Positions 20,432 to 31,809 of a stretch of DNA of 64,000 nt are shown here, one piece after another; the stretch's first letter is position 1; every line of letters starts with the position of its first letter. The notes below the pieces were generated by a model. The model had not been told where the DNA came from. It saw only the letters and a program-made list of their open reading frames with translations, and searched no databases. The position numbers were made by a program, and so were the translations under genes. The DNA comes from an uncultured cyanobacterium. Its GTDB lineage: Bacteria; Cyanobacteriota; Cyanobacteriia; Cyanobacteriales; Nostocaceae. The DNA lies in assembly GCA_963740315.1 (NCBI GenBank), contig CAVUDP010000001.1:608001-672000 (forward strand). Direction: 5' to 3'.

Positions 20432-21556
20432 ATGGCGACACAAAACGGTAAAGGTAATTTGCGCTATGCGGCTGTTGCGTTGGGTTGGATTGTTCAAGAA
20501 GATGTTTTACCAGCTTTTTCTAATACCGAAAATTCTGAATTAGCTGCTTTAATTTCTGGCGATGAAACTAAGCGCGAGGAACTCGGTAAAAAGTATCATG
20601 TCCCCGCTTATACCTACGAACAATACGAAGAATGTTTGAAAAAAGAAAATATTGATGCAGTATACATCGGCTCCCCAAATCACCTGCATCTCGAACATAC
20701 AGTAAGAGCAGCTAAAGCTGGAGTACACATCCTTTGTGAAAAGCCGATGGCTGTAACAGAAGATGAATGCGAGCAAATGATTAACGCTGCGAAAGAGAAT
20801 AACGTTAAATTAATGATTGCTTATCGTCTCCATTTTGATAAAGCAAACATGGAAGCGGTAAACATAGTTCAATCAGGAAAAATAGGTGAACCCCGCTTTT
20901 TTGATTCTGTATTTTCTCAACAGGTTGAGGAAGGGAATATCAGATTAAGAGAACCGCTTGAAAACGGCGGTGGTTCGTTTTATGACATGGGAATTTATTG
21001 TATTAATGCAGCGCGTTATTTATTTCAAGATGAACCCACAGAAGTATTTGCTTTCATCGCTAATAACGGCGAAAAACGCTTTGCAAAAGTTGATGAAATG
21101 ACAAGCGTTTCGATGCGTTTTCCTAAAGAAAGATTGGCTCATTTTACAAGTAGTTTTGGTGCTTCCTCTACAGCAACATTCCGAGTAGTAGGAACAAAAG
21201 GCGACTTAAGGATGGATAGCGCTTATACCTATGCAGGTGACTTGAAACAAGAGATTACCGTAGACGGTGAAAAACAAGAGCGATCGTATCCTGCTGGCGA
21301 TCAATTTGGTGCAGAAATTCAATATTTCTCCGATTGCGTGTTGAATAATAAAGAACCCGAACCATGTGGAAGAGAAGGTTTAGCAGATGTTCGTATCATT
21401 CGAGCAATTATCGAATCAGCACAGACAGGAAAGCCGGTAAAACTTGATGAATTTAAGATAGAAAAAAGACCAAATCTTGAACAAGTAATTCAACTTCCTG
21501 CTATCGAAACACCGGACAATTTTGTTAACGCTGCTGATATGCAAGGGAATGGGTAA
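20432..21556 (+). CDS. Gfo/Idh/MocA oxidoreductase (glucose-fructose oxidoreductase-like)
   Basis: 'AGVHILCEKP', 'AYRLHF', 'GGGSFYDMGIYCIN'. Confidence 0.9.
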   Translation: MATQNGKGNLRYAAVALGWIVQEDVLPAFSNTENSELAALISGDETKREELGKKYHVPAYTYEQYEECLKKENIDAVYIGSPNHLHLEHTVRAAKAGVHILCEKPMAVTEDECEQMINAAKENNVKLMIAYRLHFDKANMEAVNIVQSGKIGEPRFFDSVFSQQVEEGNIRLREPLENGGGSFYDMGIYCINAARYLFQDEPTEVFAFIANNGEKRFAKVDEMTSVSMRFPKERLAHFTSSFGASSTATFRVVGTKGDLRMDSAYTYAGDLKQEITVDGEKQERSYPAGDQFGAEIQYFSDCVLNNKEPEPCGREGLADVRIIRAIIESAQTGKPVKLDEFKIEKRPNLEQVIQLPAIETPDNFVNAADMQGNG

Positions 21557-21590
21557 TGGGGAATAGGTAATAGGGAATTTAAACCTTGAT

Positions 21591-21615
21591 GTAGAGACGT
21601 TGCACTGCAACGTCT
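21591..21615 (+). repeat. REP-like GTAG hairpin
   Basis: GTAGAGACGTTGCACTGCAACGTCT; related copy at 56363. Confidence 0.65.
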
Positions 21616-21962
21616 TTATTTTTCATGCATAAAAACACTTAGTTTAATTATAATTTGCGTATTTTCAGGTGAGACATTTAAATCATAATTATCTAAGTAT
21701 AAACCGAAAAAGACACAATAAACTACTTTCTCTTCAAGCTTCTTTTTCAAATATTTCAGAATAATCATCGTTGAAATTTATACCAGTAATCCGGATAATG
21801 ATTAATAGATAATAAATACGATTTTTTTGAATAGCTGTGGTTTGTAGTAAGTGCTTTAGCGCCGAAACTTTTTGTAGACAACGTATTAAGTTGCTCTGCT
21901 TATTTTCTTGTACTTATTTACAGCAATTAAAGAAATTTTTGAAAACTAACTAAAACAAAAAT

Positions 21963-24900
21963 ATGAACGCACCAAAGCAATTAACAAACTTTAACTCTCC
22001 TCTAATCGGTTCCAATCCTTCAGAAATAATTGATATTAACGGTGTAATTTACTTCACTGCGGATGATGGAAGAAACGGAAGAGAACTTTGGAAATTAGAT
22101 AAAAGCGGTAATCCCGTAACTGTGGGAGATATCAATGATGGTTTCGCTTCTTCTAATCCTGAAAATTTGACAGTTATTAACAATACGCTTTACTTTACTG
22201 CTGAAACTACAGAAGAAGGGAGAGAGTTATGGAAAATAAGCGAAACAGGTGTACCAGAAAAGTTTGAAGATATTAATTTAGGCGCTAATTCTTCAAATCC
22301 TTCTAATTTAACTGCCTTCAATAATACGCTGTATTTTACTGCAATTGACTTAGACAACCGAGTTGCTTTAAACAAAATAACTACTGATGGAAACATCGAA
22401 ACTATTAATAATACGACTATTGACAATCGCGAAATTTCTAATTTAACTGTTGTTAACGACGCGCTTTACTTTACTCTTACAGATAGAAATGGCATAACGC
22501 AATTGTGGAAAACTACTAATGCTGGAAGTAGCGAGCAAGTTGATGAATTTCCTAACGATTTTTCTAATTTTTCTAATTTCAACGTTGTAAATAATACGCT
22601 TTATTTCACAGTTAAAGATAGAAACAATAATGTCATACTTCTAAAAATCAATAATCAAGGTGATGTCCAACCTATTAACGGTATCAATGGCAATTACTAT
22701 GATTTATCAAATTTGACTGCTGTTAATAATACGCTATATTTCAGTACTACCGATAATAATCGCCCATACTTATGGAAGATAGATAGTAACGGTGATGCTC
22801 AACAACTTAATAATTATGGTAGTTTTTCAAATTTATCAAATTTATCAAATTTGGTAGCTGTGAATGACATTCTTTATTTTAGTGGTACTGATAGATACAA
22901 CGGCTTACAGCTTTGGCAAATTGATAATAATGGTTATACCAAGCAAGTTCCGGGTACTGTGAGTACCTACTCAAACTTATCCGATTTTACGATTGTTAAC
23001 GACACGCTTTACTTTACCTCCGACGATTCGCGACTACTGTGGCAAGTTGATAACAATGGTGAAGCTAAGAGCATAAATGATTACAATTCATCAAACATAA
23101 GAAATCTAACTGTTGCTAATAACACTCTTTACTTCAGCGCAATCGATCGCAACAACGATTCAAAACTATTCAAAATAAACGATCGCGGTTATGCCGATAT
23201 CGTTAGGGATATTGACGAAATGTCGAATCCTTCTAATTTAATGGTTCTCAACGAGACGCTTTACTTTACTGCTAAAGATAAAAATAACGGAAACGAACTG
23301 TGGAAGGTGAAGAATGAATTTGATAATAGTGATACTGCGGTTCGTTTGAGTGAAATCAATAGGAAAACTCGCGAAGCTCCATCTGATTTTATTAACGTTA
23401 ACGGTACGCTTTATTTTACTAGATTTAATAATGAATTATGGAGAATAGATAGCAACGGCGTACCAGAACCTGTTAACAATACGGCTATTGATGATGTGTC
23501 AAATCTATCCAATTTCACCGTCCTTAACAATACGCTTTATTTTACTACCGAACGTGAAGGTGATGGTAGAAAACTGTGGAGAGTAATTAACAACGGTATT
23601 CCCGAACCCGTTGAAGAAATCAACAATAGTTCTATTGAATTAAATCCTGACAGTTTCACTGTTTTTAATGGTACGCTCTATTTCACCGTTAGTCTTAATG
23701 GAGATAGAACAGAACTAGTAAAAATAGACGATCGAGGTAATATACAACCTGTTGATTATTTTTACTTTGGCGGCAATTATCCACCATTAAAAGCTGATAA
23801 TTTAACTGTTGTTAACAATACGCTTTACCTTACTTTTAGCGATAGGGAAAATAATGCCAGACTTTGGAAGATAAATCAAAGAGGTGAAGCAGAAGAGATT
23901 AACGACGATAGCTATAACTATCCAGCATTAAATCCCGAAAATTTCACTTTTGTAAACGACACGCTGTATTTTACTGCTGAAAATGAAGAATACGGCAGGG
24001 AATTATGGAGGATAAATGAAAATGGTAAGTCGGAGCGCCTTAACGATATTAATTACCTTAGAGAATCTTCTAATCCCGAAAATTTAACTGTTTTGGGTGA
24101 CACGCTTTTCTTCACTATCAATCGCGATCGAGGTACCGAATTGTGGGTAGTTACAAACCGCGATGGAAAACCACAACCGGAACCCATCTATAATAGTCCT
24201 ACATTTTCTAATCTGGAAAATTTAACTGTTGTCAATAACACGCTTTTCTTTACCGCTGACGATCGCACTCAAGGCAAGGAATTATGGAAACTAGATAGCA
24301 GAGGTAATGTAATACCTGTAAAAGATATTAATCCCGGTAGTCTCTCTTCTAATCCTACCAATCTAACAGTTGTTAACGACACGCTTTATTTTACTGCTAC
24401 CGATCGCACTGGTACTAAATTATGGTGGATAGATAGCAATGGTGAAGTTAAACCAGTTGAAAATATTGATGATAATTCCTCTAATTTATCAAATTTCACT
24501 ATATTGAATGACACCCTTTACTTTACCGCTACTGATAGTAATTCTAGAAAACTTTGGAAAGTGGAAGGTAACGGGAATGCAATGTTTGTAGATGATGTCA
24601 ACCGTAACAGCGGCTTTTCTGAAGATTTTAATTTAACCGCAGTTGACGGCAAACTATACTTTGTTAAAGATAATGGCAGTAATCCACAAATATGGGCTTT
24701 GGAAAATAAAGCTCCCGAAATTGAACTATCAACTTACAATGCCAGCTATGCAGAAAGTTGGGGATTTGTTGAATATAGCAGACCTGCGAATATTGCTCCA
24801 AATGCAAGAATCATAGATCCAGATTCTGATAACTTTAATAACGGTAAATTAATCGTTCGGATTACCGATGGTGGTGATGCTGACGATCGCTTGGGTATAC

Positions 24901-27900
24901 ATGGAAGATACATTAGCTTAGACGGCACAATTGTCAAATATAGAGATAGTGAAATCGGTATCCTCACTCCTAGCTACGGTGTTGAGGATATGGTAATTGA
25001 TTTCAATGCCAATGCTACACGTTTAGCCGTTGAAGAATTATTGCAAAGTATTACCTATAACAATTTCTCCCGCAATCCTTCCACAACTCCCCGCACGGTA
25101 GAATTTTTACTTAATGACGGTGACGGTAATACTAGTGAAGCTGTCAGTAAAACTGTAAATTTCTCTGCTAGAAACGATTTTCCACTTATTGGTTACAATC
25201 AGTTTCTCTACGATAGCAGTACTGGTTTAGAACCCACAAAACCCGATGCTACACCTAATGGTTCTTGGTTAGATTATAAATCTATTGGCTATTCTAAAGC
25301 TAATAAAACTTTAGTTGATAATGGCATTCAACTAACTTCTGATAATCAAGCTTATGCTGGTTTAAGTAATTACGGATTCTCTAGTACAAGTTTTTATTCT
25401 TCACCTGTTAATAATTATTTCCCCCAACTCATTCGCGACGAAGGTTATATACTTAAATTCAACGCTCAACTACTTTCAGAAGACCATACCAGCTACGGCA
25501 ACAACGATAAAAACGGTGACGGAAAAGCAGACAGAGCGGGCTTTAGCGTTACTTTACTCAGTGACGATCGCAAAGGTATTGAACTCGGTTTCTGGGAAAA
25601 CCGTATTTGGGTACAGCAAGATGAATTTACTAATACAACTTCACAACCTGTTAATGGTATTAATCCTTACTCAACTTTATTTACCCAGGTAGAAGGGGTA
25701 GATTTCAATACTACTAAATCTGTTGATTATGACTTAGCAATCTTGGGAGAATTTTACACTCTTTATGCCGATCGCAAATCAATTTTGACTGGAAGATTGC
25801 GGGATTATTCGGATTACAACCCCACTACCGAACCAGATAGGAATTTTCCCAATCCTTACAACAAATCCAATTTTATTTTCTTAGGGGATAATAATGCTTA
25901 CGCTGGGGCAGATGTAAAACTAGGTGATATTTCGCTGATAACTCACCCAAGAAATACTAATTTATATCCTCTAAACAGCGTTACCTACACAGAAAATGAC
26001 CCCGCGATTGTTATTGCTCCCGAAATTATACTCACCGAGCTTGACTCACCAAACTTCGACAGGGGCAGTCTAAATGTTCGCATAATTTCTGCGGCTCCCG
26101 ACGAATATCTCGATATCGCTAATAACCAACAAATTACGGTTTCCGGTAAACAAGTATTCTTCGATGGTAATGCGATCGGTTATGTTACAAGCAGCACTGG
26201 CAGTAATTCTCTCTCGATTAGATTTAATTATCAAGCTACCCCAGAAGCAGTAGAAACCTTGATGCGTAATATTACTTACGCTAATAGTTCGGAAAATCCA
26301 TTAATAGGTTCGCGTAGAATTGAATTTCGAGTTGATGACGGTGATTTTAACGGTGATAGCAAGCCAGCTATAAGGGAAATCCTAGTTCAATCTGTTAACG
26401 ATGCACCTATAGTTGCAAATCCCATCAATAATCTAACAACGAATGAAGAAATAGAATTTAGTTTCACCATACCGGAAAATACTTTCCAAGATATTGATGG
26501 AGATAATCTTACTTTAAATGCAACTTTAGAAGATGATTCACCGCTACCAACTTGGTTAACCTTTGATGCTGAAACTGCGACTTTTAGCGGTATTCCCGAA
26601 GATGAAAATGTTGGCGCAATTAAAGTTAAAGTCACGGCAACAGATAATGATGGGGAATCTGTTCAAAGTAGTTTTACCTTAAGAGTCGCTAACGTTAATA
26701 AAATACCTACTATAACCGCAAACCAAACTTTCACCATCGACGAAAACAGCAGAATCTTCACTTCCGTTGGTAAGGTACTCGCAACAGATGCAGACGGTGA
26801 CTTTTTACTCGACTGGAAGATCGCAGACGGAAACTTAGATGTAGATAATGACGGTAAAGCTGCATTTTCTATCAACTACATAAGTGGAGAAATCAAAGTT
26901 AACGATGCTGACGATTTAGATTTTGAAGCTAACCCCAGTTTCCAATTACAAGTAAGTGCTAGTGACAGAACTGATACTAGCATTCCCACAACAGTTACCG
27001 TTAATCTTAATAATATTGCAGGACAAGTAATTAATGGTACAGCTTCAAGCGATACAAGACTTTACGGAGGTTTAGAGGATGACACCATCGATGGAAAAGA
27101 AAGAAATGATTATCTCTACGGGCGTGGTGGTAACGATACTCTTTTAGGTGGTGAAGGTAACGATAATCTTTATGGTGGTGAAGGCGATGACTATATTGAT
27201 GGTGGAGACGGTTTTGATATCATTCGAGATACTGCCGACGTTAACTTTATTCTTACCGACACTCAACTAATCGGCAACGGTACGGATAATTTTGTAAATA
27301 TTGAACGAGCAATTCTAAGTGGAGGAAATAGTGATAATCTAATTGATGCATCTGCTTACAGCAAAAATACTTATCTCTACGGACGCGCTGGAAACGATAC
27401 GCTACTTGGTGGAACTCGTAACGATTACTTTTATGGAGGACAAGGTGATGATTCTATTGATGGAGGAAAAGGTTATGATACTCTGCGAGAAACGCGAGAT
27501 GTTGACTTTACCCTTACTGACACTCAGCTAATCGGCAACGGTACGGATACTATTGCAAGTATTGAACGAGTGATTTTAACTGGCGGAAATAGCGCTAATA
27601 CAATTGATGCATCGGGCTTCAGTGGAAGTACTTATCTTTACGGACGTGCTGGTAATGATAGTTTAAATGGCGGTAGCCGCAGCGATCGCATTTATGGCGG
27701 GCAAGGGGATGATTCAATCAAAGGTGGTACCGGCAACGATTACCTTTATGGTGAAGCAGGGGATGACTCTATTGATGGAGGACAAGGTTTCGATACTCTG
27801 CGAGAAACTGCCGATGTCAACTTTACCCTTACTGACAGTCAACTAATCGGCAACGGTACGGATAATCTTGCAAGTATAGAACGAGCAATTTTGAGTGGAG

Positions 27901-28298
27901 GAAATAGCGCTAATAAAATTGATGCATCTAGTTTCAGTGGAAGTACTTATGTTTACGGACGCAGTGGTAACGATACTTTGTTGGGGGGTAGCGATAATGA
28001 TTACCTTAGAGGAGACAACGGTGATGATTTGATTGACGGTGGTGCTGGCAGCGATCGCCTTTATGGAGGAAGCGGTAAAGATACTTTCGTTTTGAGTTCC
28101 GTTCAAGGTACCGATACTATTTACGATTTTGAAGATGGTGTTGATACTTTGGGTTTATCTGGTGGTTTGACTTTCAATGATTTGGATATCAAGGCGAATG
28201 GAAGTAATACCAATATTCTTTTAAATAATCAAGTTTTAGCTACTTTGAATCGGGTTAATAGTAATTCGATCGAACAAAGCGATTTCACTTCTGTTTAA
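21963..28298 (+). CDS. Giant type-I-secreted protein: ELWxxDG-type repeats, Ig/cadherin-like domains, RTX Ca-binding repeats
   Basis: About 19 'NLTVVNNTLYFTA....ELWKID..G' repeats; 'LPTWLTFD' He_PIG/cadherin motif; GGxGxD nonapeptides; no signal peptide. Confidence 0.88.
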   Translation: MNAPKQLTNFNSPLIGSNPSEIIDINGVIYFTADDGRNGRELWKLDKSGNPVTVGDINDGFASSNPENLTVINNTLYFTAETTEEGRELWKISETGVPEKFEDINLGANSSNPSNLTAFNNTLYFTAIDLDNRVALNKITTDGNIETINNTTIDNREISNLTVVNDALYFTLTDRNGITQLWKTTNAGSSEQVDEFPNDFSNFSNFNVVNNTLYFTVKDRNNNVILLKINNQGDVQPINGINGNYYDLSNLTAVNNTLYFSTTDNNRPYLWKIDSNGDAQQLNNYGSFSNLSNLSNLVAVNDILYFSGTDRYNGLQLWQIDNNGYTKQVPGTVSTYSNLSDFTIVNDTLYFTSDDSRLLWQVDNNGEAKSINDYNSSNIRNLTVANNTLYFSAIDRNNDSKLFKINDRGYADIVRDIDEMSNPSNLMVLNETLYFTAKDKNNGNELWKVKNEFDNSDTAVRLSEINRKTREAPSDFINVNGTLYFTRFNNELWRIDSNGVPEPVNNTAIDDVSNLSNFTVLNNTLYFTTEREGDGRKLWRVINNGIPEPVEEINNSSIELNPDSFTVFNGTLYFTVSLNGDRTELVKIDDRGNIQPVDYFYFGGNYPPLKADNLTVVNNTLYLTFSDRENNARLWKINQRGEAEEINDDSYNYPALNPENFTFVNDTLYFTAENEEYGRELWRINENGKSERLNDINYLRESSNPENLTVLGDTLFFTINRDRGTELWVVTNRDGKPQPEPIYNSPTFSNLENLTVVNNTLFFTADDRTQGKELWKLDSRGNVIPVKDINPGSLSSNPTNLTVVNDTLYFTATDRTGTKLWWIDSNGEVKPVENIDDNSSNLSNFTILNDTLYFTATDSNSRKLWKVEGNGNAMFVDDVNRNSGFSEDFNLTAVDGKLYFVKDNGSNPQIWALENKAPEIELSTYNASYAESWGFVEYSRPANIAPNARIIDPDSDNFNNGKLIVRITDGGDADDRLGIHGRYISLDGTIVKYRDSEIGILTPSYGVEDMVIDFNANATRLAVEELLQSITYNNFSRNPSTTPRTVEFLLNDGDGNTSEAVSKTVNFSARNDFPLIGYNQFLYDSSTGLEPTKPDATPNGSWLDYKSIGYSKANKTLVDNGIQLTSDNQAYAGLSNYGFSSTSFYSSPVNNYFPQLIRDEGYILKFNAQLLSEDHTSYGNNDKNGDGKADRAGFSVTLLSDDRKGIELGFWENRIWVQQDEFTNTTSQPVNGINPYSTLFTQVEGVDFNTTKSVDYDLAILGEFYTLYADRKSILTGRLRDYSDYNPTTEPDRNFPNPYNKSNFIFLGDNNAYAGADVKLGDISLITHPRNTNLYPLNSVTYTENDPAIVIAPEIILTELDSPNFDRGSLNVRIISAAPDEYLDIANNQQITVSGKQVFFDGNAIGYVTSSTGSNSLSIRFNYQATPEAVETLMRNITYANSSENPLIGSRRIEFRVDDGDFNGDSKPAIREILVQSVNDAPIVANPINNLTTNEEIEFSFTIPENTFQDIDGDNLTLNATLEDDSPLPTWLTFDAETATFSGIPEDENVGAIKVKVTATDNDGESVQSSFTLRVANVNKIPTITANQTFTIDENSRIFTSVGKVLATDADGDFLLDWKIADGNLDVDNDGKAAFSINYISGEIKVNDADDLDFEANPSFQLQVSASDRTDTSIPTTVTVNLNNIAGQVINGTASSDTRLYGGLEDDTIDGKERNDYLYGRGGNDTLLGGEGNDNLYGGEGDDYIDGGDGFDIIRDTADVNFILTDTQLIGNGTDNFVNIERAILSGGNSDNLIDASAYSKNTYLYGRAGNDTLLGGTRNDYFYGGQGDDSIDGGKGYDTLRETRDVDFTLTDTQLIGNGTDTIASIERVILTGGNSANTIDASGFSGSTYLYGRAGNDSLNGGSRSDRIYGGQGDDSIKGGTGNDYLYGEAGDDSIDGGQGFDTLRETADVNFTLTDSQLIGNGTDNLASIERAILSGGNSANKIDASSFSGSTYVYGRSGNDTLLGGSDNDYLRGDNGDDLIDGGAGSDRLYGGSGKDTFVLSSVQGTDTIYDFEDGVDTLGLSGGLTFNDLDIKANGSNTNILLNNQVLATLNRVNSNSIEQSDFTSV

Positions 28299-28308
28299 AC
28301 AATAGTTT

Positions 28309-28351
28309 GTAGTAAGGACTTTAGTCCTTGAAGCGCTAAAGCACTTACTAC
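28309..28351. repeat. REP-like doublet between convergent genes
   Basis: GTAGTAAGGACTTTAGTCCTT...GCGCTAAAGCACTTACTAC; related single copy at 21844-21862. Confidence 0.6.
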
Positions 28352-28356
28352 GAACA

Positions 28357-29676
28357 TTACAACGAAATTCCTTTGAGTTTCTTAAATAAATTTGTAGCGT
28401 AGGAATCAGTCATACCAGAAATATAATCGGTGACTTGGAGAATTTTGTCATAAAAATCTTGATTTTCACTAAATAGATATTGTTGAGGTATCATCTGTTT
28501 AAGAAACTTAGCTTTGCTGCCTTTTGATAAAACTGCATCGGCAAATTCGGCGAATAAATTACCTAAAATTTCATCTCCGGCAATACGGGTACCGATCACA
28601 TCTGGATGGTTAATTACTTTATTTAGAGTTTCGGAGCGTATATCCTCAAGTACGGAAGCATATTTACTCAAAGCTAGCAATTCGGTATCGAATTCACCAG
28701 TAAGCATTTCTGGTTCTTTTAATAGAAAAATATCGGCAACTTCTTTTACAAGTTTACTAATAGCACGAGCGCGTAAATATTTGATTTCTTCTTCTTCGGT
28801 GTTGGCTTGTGCTTTGATGTCGGATTCCGAACGTTCGGCGATCGCGTTGAGTAAATTTTTCGCATTTGTAAAAGGTATATATCTCATGCGGTAGCCATCT
28901 TCTACGTCTACAATTAAATAGCAGATATCGTCGGCAGCTTCCATCAAAAAAGCTAAGGGATGTCTTGCCCACCATGAAACTTTATCGCTGCGGCGAATCA
29001 ACCCTACCGTTTGTGCAACTTCTGCAAATAACTCTTTTTCTGCTTGAAAAAAATTATATTTAGCAATACTTTTACCTTGATAACCATTAAGTATATGTTC
29101 GGGAATATCAGATTCTTTAGGATATTTAGCAAAGGCGGCTATTGTTGGACAGGTAAGTTGCATTCCTCCTTTTCGAGGCTGCATTTCCAGATTGCTGATA
29201 ATCCGAAAGCCTTGAGCGTTACCTTCAAATAAATTAAAATCAGTTTCCTGAATTTCGCTGAGACTTACTTGTATTTTTGCATACCAATCCTTAAAGCCGC
29301 TTTGAATTGCCTCTTCCCCAGAATGACCGAAAGGAGGATTACCGATGTCATGAGCGAGACTTGCAGCCGAGACAATATCCCCAAAATCGGAAGGATTATA
29401 GTCTTTAAGATTATGCCTTTTAATAACTTCGTTGCCGACAATTGTACCTAGCGATCGCCCGACACAAGAAACTTCAATACTGTGAATTAAACGGGTACGT
29501 AAATAATCGTTTTCTGGTAAAGAATAAACTTGAGTCTTATCTTTTAAACGACGAAAAGGAGAAGAAAACACCAAGCGATCGTAGTCTCTTTGAAAACAAG
29601 TGCGTAAAGACTCAGAATCAACAGGACTATTTTTACCTAATCTTTGTCTCGTTAAAAGTTGCTGCCATTGCATCAT
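28357..29676 (-). CDS. dgt: Deoxyguanosinetriphosphate triphosphohydrolase
   Basis: 'FRRLKDKTQV', 'RTRLIHSIEV', 'HDIGNPPFGHSGE', 'EGNAQ', 'EAADDICY', 'DYISGMTD'. Confidence 0.93.
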   Translation of the reverse strand: MMQWQQLLTRQRLGKNSPVDSESLRTCFQRDYDRLVFSSPFRRLKDKTQVYSLPENDYLRTRLIHSIEVSCVGRSLGTIVGNEVIKRHNLKDYNPSDFGDIVSAASLAHDIGNPPFGHSGEEAIQSGFKDWYAKIQVSLSEIQETDFNLFEGNAQGFRIISNLEMQPRKGGMQLTCPTIAAFAKYPKESDIPEHILNGYQGKSIAKYNFFQAEKELFAEVAQTVGLIRRSDKVSWWARHPLAFLMEAADDICYLIVDVEDGYRMRYIPFTNAKNLLNAIAERSESDIKAQANTEEEEIKYLRARAISKLVKEVADIFLLKEPEMLTGEFDTELLALSKYASVLEDIRSETLNKVINHPDVIGTRIAGDEILGNLFAEFADAVLSKGSKAKFLKQMIPQQYLFSENQDFYDKILQVTDYISGMTDSYATNLFKKLKGISL

Positions 29677-29682
29677 AATAAT

Positions 29683-29920
29683 TTTGGATTTTAGATTTTA
29701 GATTTTGGATTAAAAGAGTTAGGAATTAGGAATTAGGAGTTAGGAATTAGGAGTTAGGAGTTAGGAGTTAGGAGTTAGGAGTTAGGAGTTAGGAGTTAGG
29801 AATTAGAAGTTAGGAGTTAGGAGTTAGCAGTTAGGAGATGAAGAGTGAAATTTCTCCCCATCCCCCCATCCCCCCATCTCCCCATCCCCCCATCTCCCCA
29901 TCTTCCCCATCCCCCTCTCC
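29683..29920. repeat. Heptamer STRR tracts (TTTTAGA; GTTAGGA/ATTAGGA x~17; CCCCATC-type)
   Basis: Directly visible tandem repeats between ftsH and dgt. Confidence 0.9.
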
Positions 29921-29922
29921 CC

Positions 29923-31809
29923 TTACAGTGCTTGAACTCGATTTAAATAAGAACTTAAAATATCTCCTTCTAAGACTTCATGTTCTAGAAGATGTTGGGC
30001 GATTTCTTCGAGTAAGTCACGATTGGTTTTGAGAATTAACTGTGCCCGATCGTGGGCATTGTCTATAATTTCTTTGACTTCTCTGTCGATCGCTGCTGCT
30101 ACTACAGGGCTTACAGTACGACGGGAATTATAGGAACCCTCTAGAAACGAGGATTGCGGTTTTTCCATTGCGATCGGTCCTAGTTGGCTCATACCGTAAA
30201 CTGTAACTGCTCGTTCGGCTAAATCGGTTGCTTTTTGAATGTCATCGCTTGCACCTGTGGAAACTTTACCAAAAACAACTTCTTCGGCACTTCGTCCAGC
30301 TAATAAGGTGGTAATTCTAGCATGAAGTTCATCTTCTAACATTAAAAAGCGATCTTCTCCTGGTAGTTGCAATGTGTAGCCTAAAGCACCTACCCCTCTG
30401 GGAACAATGGAAATTTTTTCTATTTGACCTGATACTAATGCACCAACTATTGCATGACCGGATTCGTGATAAGCAACGATTTCTCTTTCGGTTTCGTTGA
30501 GTACGCGAGATTTTTTCTCTAAACCTGCGATTAATCTTTCTAAAGCTTCATTAAAATCTGCCATAGTTACGGCTTCGCGATGCTCTCTTGCGGCTAACAA
30601 TGCTGCTTCATTGATCAAATTGGCTAAATCTGCACCTGTAAAACCTGGTGTACGCGCCGCAATTATACTTAAGTCTATGTTGTTGTGTAACTTGACTTCT
30701 TGCGTATGAACTTGCAAAATAGCCAAACGTCCGAGCCTATCTGGACGGTCAACTACTACTTGTCTATCGAAACGTCCGGGACGAAGCAAGGCTTTGTCTA
30801 ATATTTCTGGTCGGTTAGTCGCAGCGATGATAATTATTCCCGTATTTGCTTCAAAACCATCCATCTGCGTTAACATCTGGTCGAGAGTTTGTTCGCGTTC
30901 GTCGTTACTTCCTGCAAACGTCCCAGAACTGTCTCTGGACTTACCCAAAGCATCTAATTCATCGATAAATATAATACAGGGAGACAACTGCTTTGCTTGT
31001 TCAAACAAATCTCGGACTCTTGCAGCGCCTACCCCTACAAACATCTCCATAAATTCAGAACCGGAAGTACTAATAAAAGTAACTCCAGCTTCCCCGGCAA
31101 CTGCTTTAGCTAAAAGAGTTTTACCAGTTCCTGGGGATCCGACTAATAAAACTCCTTTAGGAATTTTCGCCCCTATTTGAGTATATCGATCGGGATTTTT
31201 GAGAAAATTTACTACTTCTTCTAACTCTGCTTTCGCTTCATCAATTCCAGCAACATCAGCAAAAGTGACTCCAACTCCGTTAACGCCTTCTAAATAGACT
31301 CTAGCTTTACTTTTTGCAAGGTTAAGAGGATTTGAAGAAGTGCCCAATCCAAATTGGAAGCGAGTAGCTATCCAACCCAATATTAAGAAGAATAATACTG
31401 ACGGAACAAACCAACCTAAAGCTGAAAATATCCAGTTTCCCTCACCATTTTGAACTCCAAATTCCACATTGTTATCTTCTAACAACTTTGGCAATGTTTC
31501 GTCTTGTGGTAAAGGAACGGTAATGTAGGCTTTATCGGGACGAGTTGATTTACCAGATTTAGATTTTTCCGCTCGATCTAAATCTTTTCTGAGAAAGTAT
31601 TCTACTTTGTTTTCAGCTACTATAACTTTGCCTACTTTACCTTGTCTTATTTGATTGCGAAATTTACTGTAAGGAACCTCCGTTGCATTAGGTGCATTAA
31701 ACAAAGGGAAGAAACCTAAAAGTAAAAATAACAATACAATTGCGAGCAAACAACCACCAAAATTACTTTGTTTTGGTGAATTTGGGTATCGATCGTTTTC
31801 AATTTGCAT
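29923..31809 (-). CDS. ftsH: ATP-dependent zinc metalloprotease FtsH paralogue
   Basis: Two TM segments; Walker A GSPGTGKT; 'FIDELDA'; SRH 'ALLRPGRFDR'; HESGH zinc motif. Confidence 0.95.
   Translation of the reverse strand: MQIENDRYPNSPKQSNFGGCLLAIVLLFLLLGFFPLFNAPNATEVPYSKFRNQIRQGKVGKVIVAENKVEYFLRKDLDRAEKSKSGKSTRPDKAYITVPLPQDETLPKLLEDNNVEFGVQNGEGNWIFSALGWFVPSVLFFLILGWIATRFQFGLGTSSNPLNLAKSKARVYLEGVNGVGVTFADVAGIDEAKAELEEVVNFLKNPDRYTQIGAKIPKGVLLVGSPGTGKTLLAKAVAGEAGVTFISTSGSEFMEMFVGVGAARVRDLFEQAKQLSPCIIFIDELDALGKSRDSSGTFAGSNDEREQTLDQMLTQMDGFEANTGIIIIAATNRPEILDKALLRPGRFDRQVVVDRPDRLGRLAILQVHTQEVKLHNNIDLSIIAARTPGFTGADLANLINEAALLAAREHREAVTMADFNEALERLIAGLEKKSRVLNETEREIVAYHESGHAIVGALVSGQIEKISIVPRGVGALGYTLQLPGEDRFLMLEDELHARITTLLAGRSAEEVVFGKVSTGASDDIQKATDLAERAVTVYGMSQLGPIAMEKPQSSFLEGSYNSRRTVSPVVAAAIDREVKEIIDNAHDRAQLILKTNRDLLEEIAQHLLEHEVLEGDILSSYLNRVQAL

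Noticed and set aside
28357..29676. dGTPase as an antiphage nucleotide-depletion system
   Set aside because: Looks like ordinary Dgt and has no defence-gene neighbours
29838..30032. Pro-rich ORF (also 41232-41549 and 13421-13679)
   Set aside because: Translations of STRR tracts or alternative frames of repeat-rich genes
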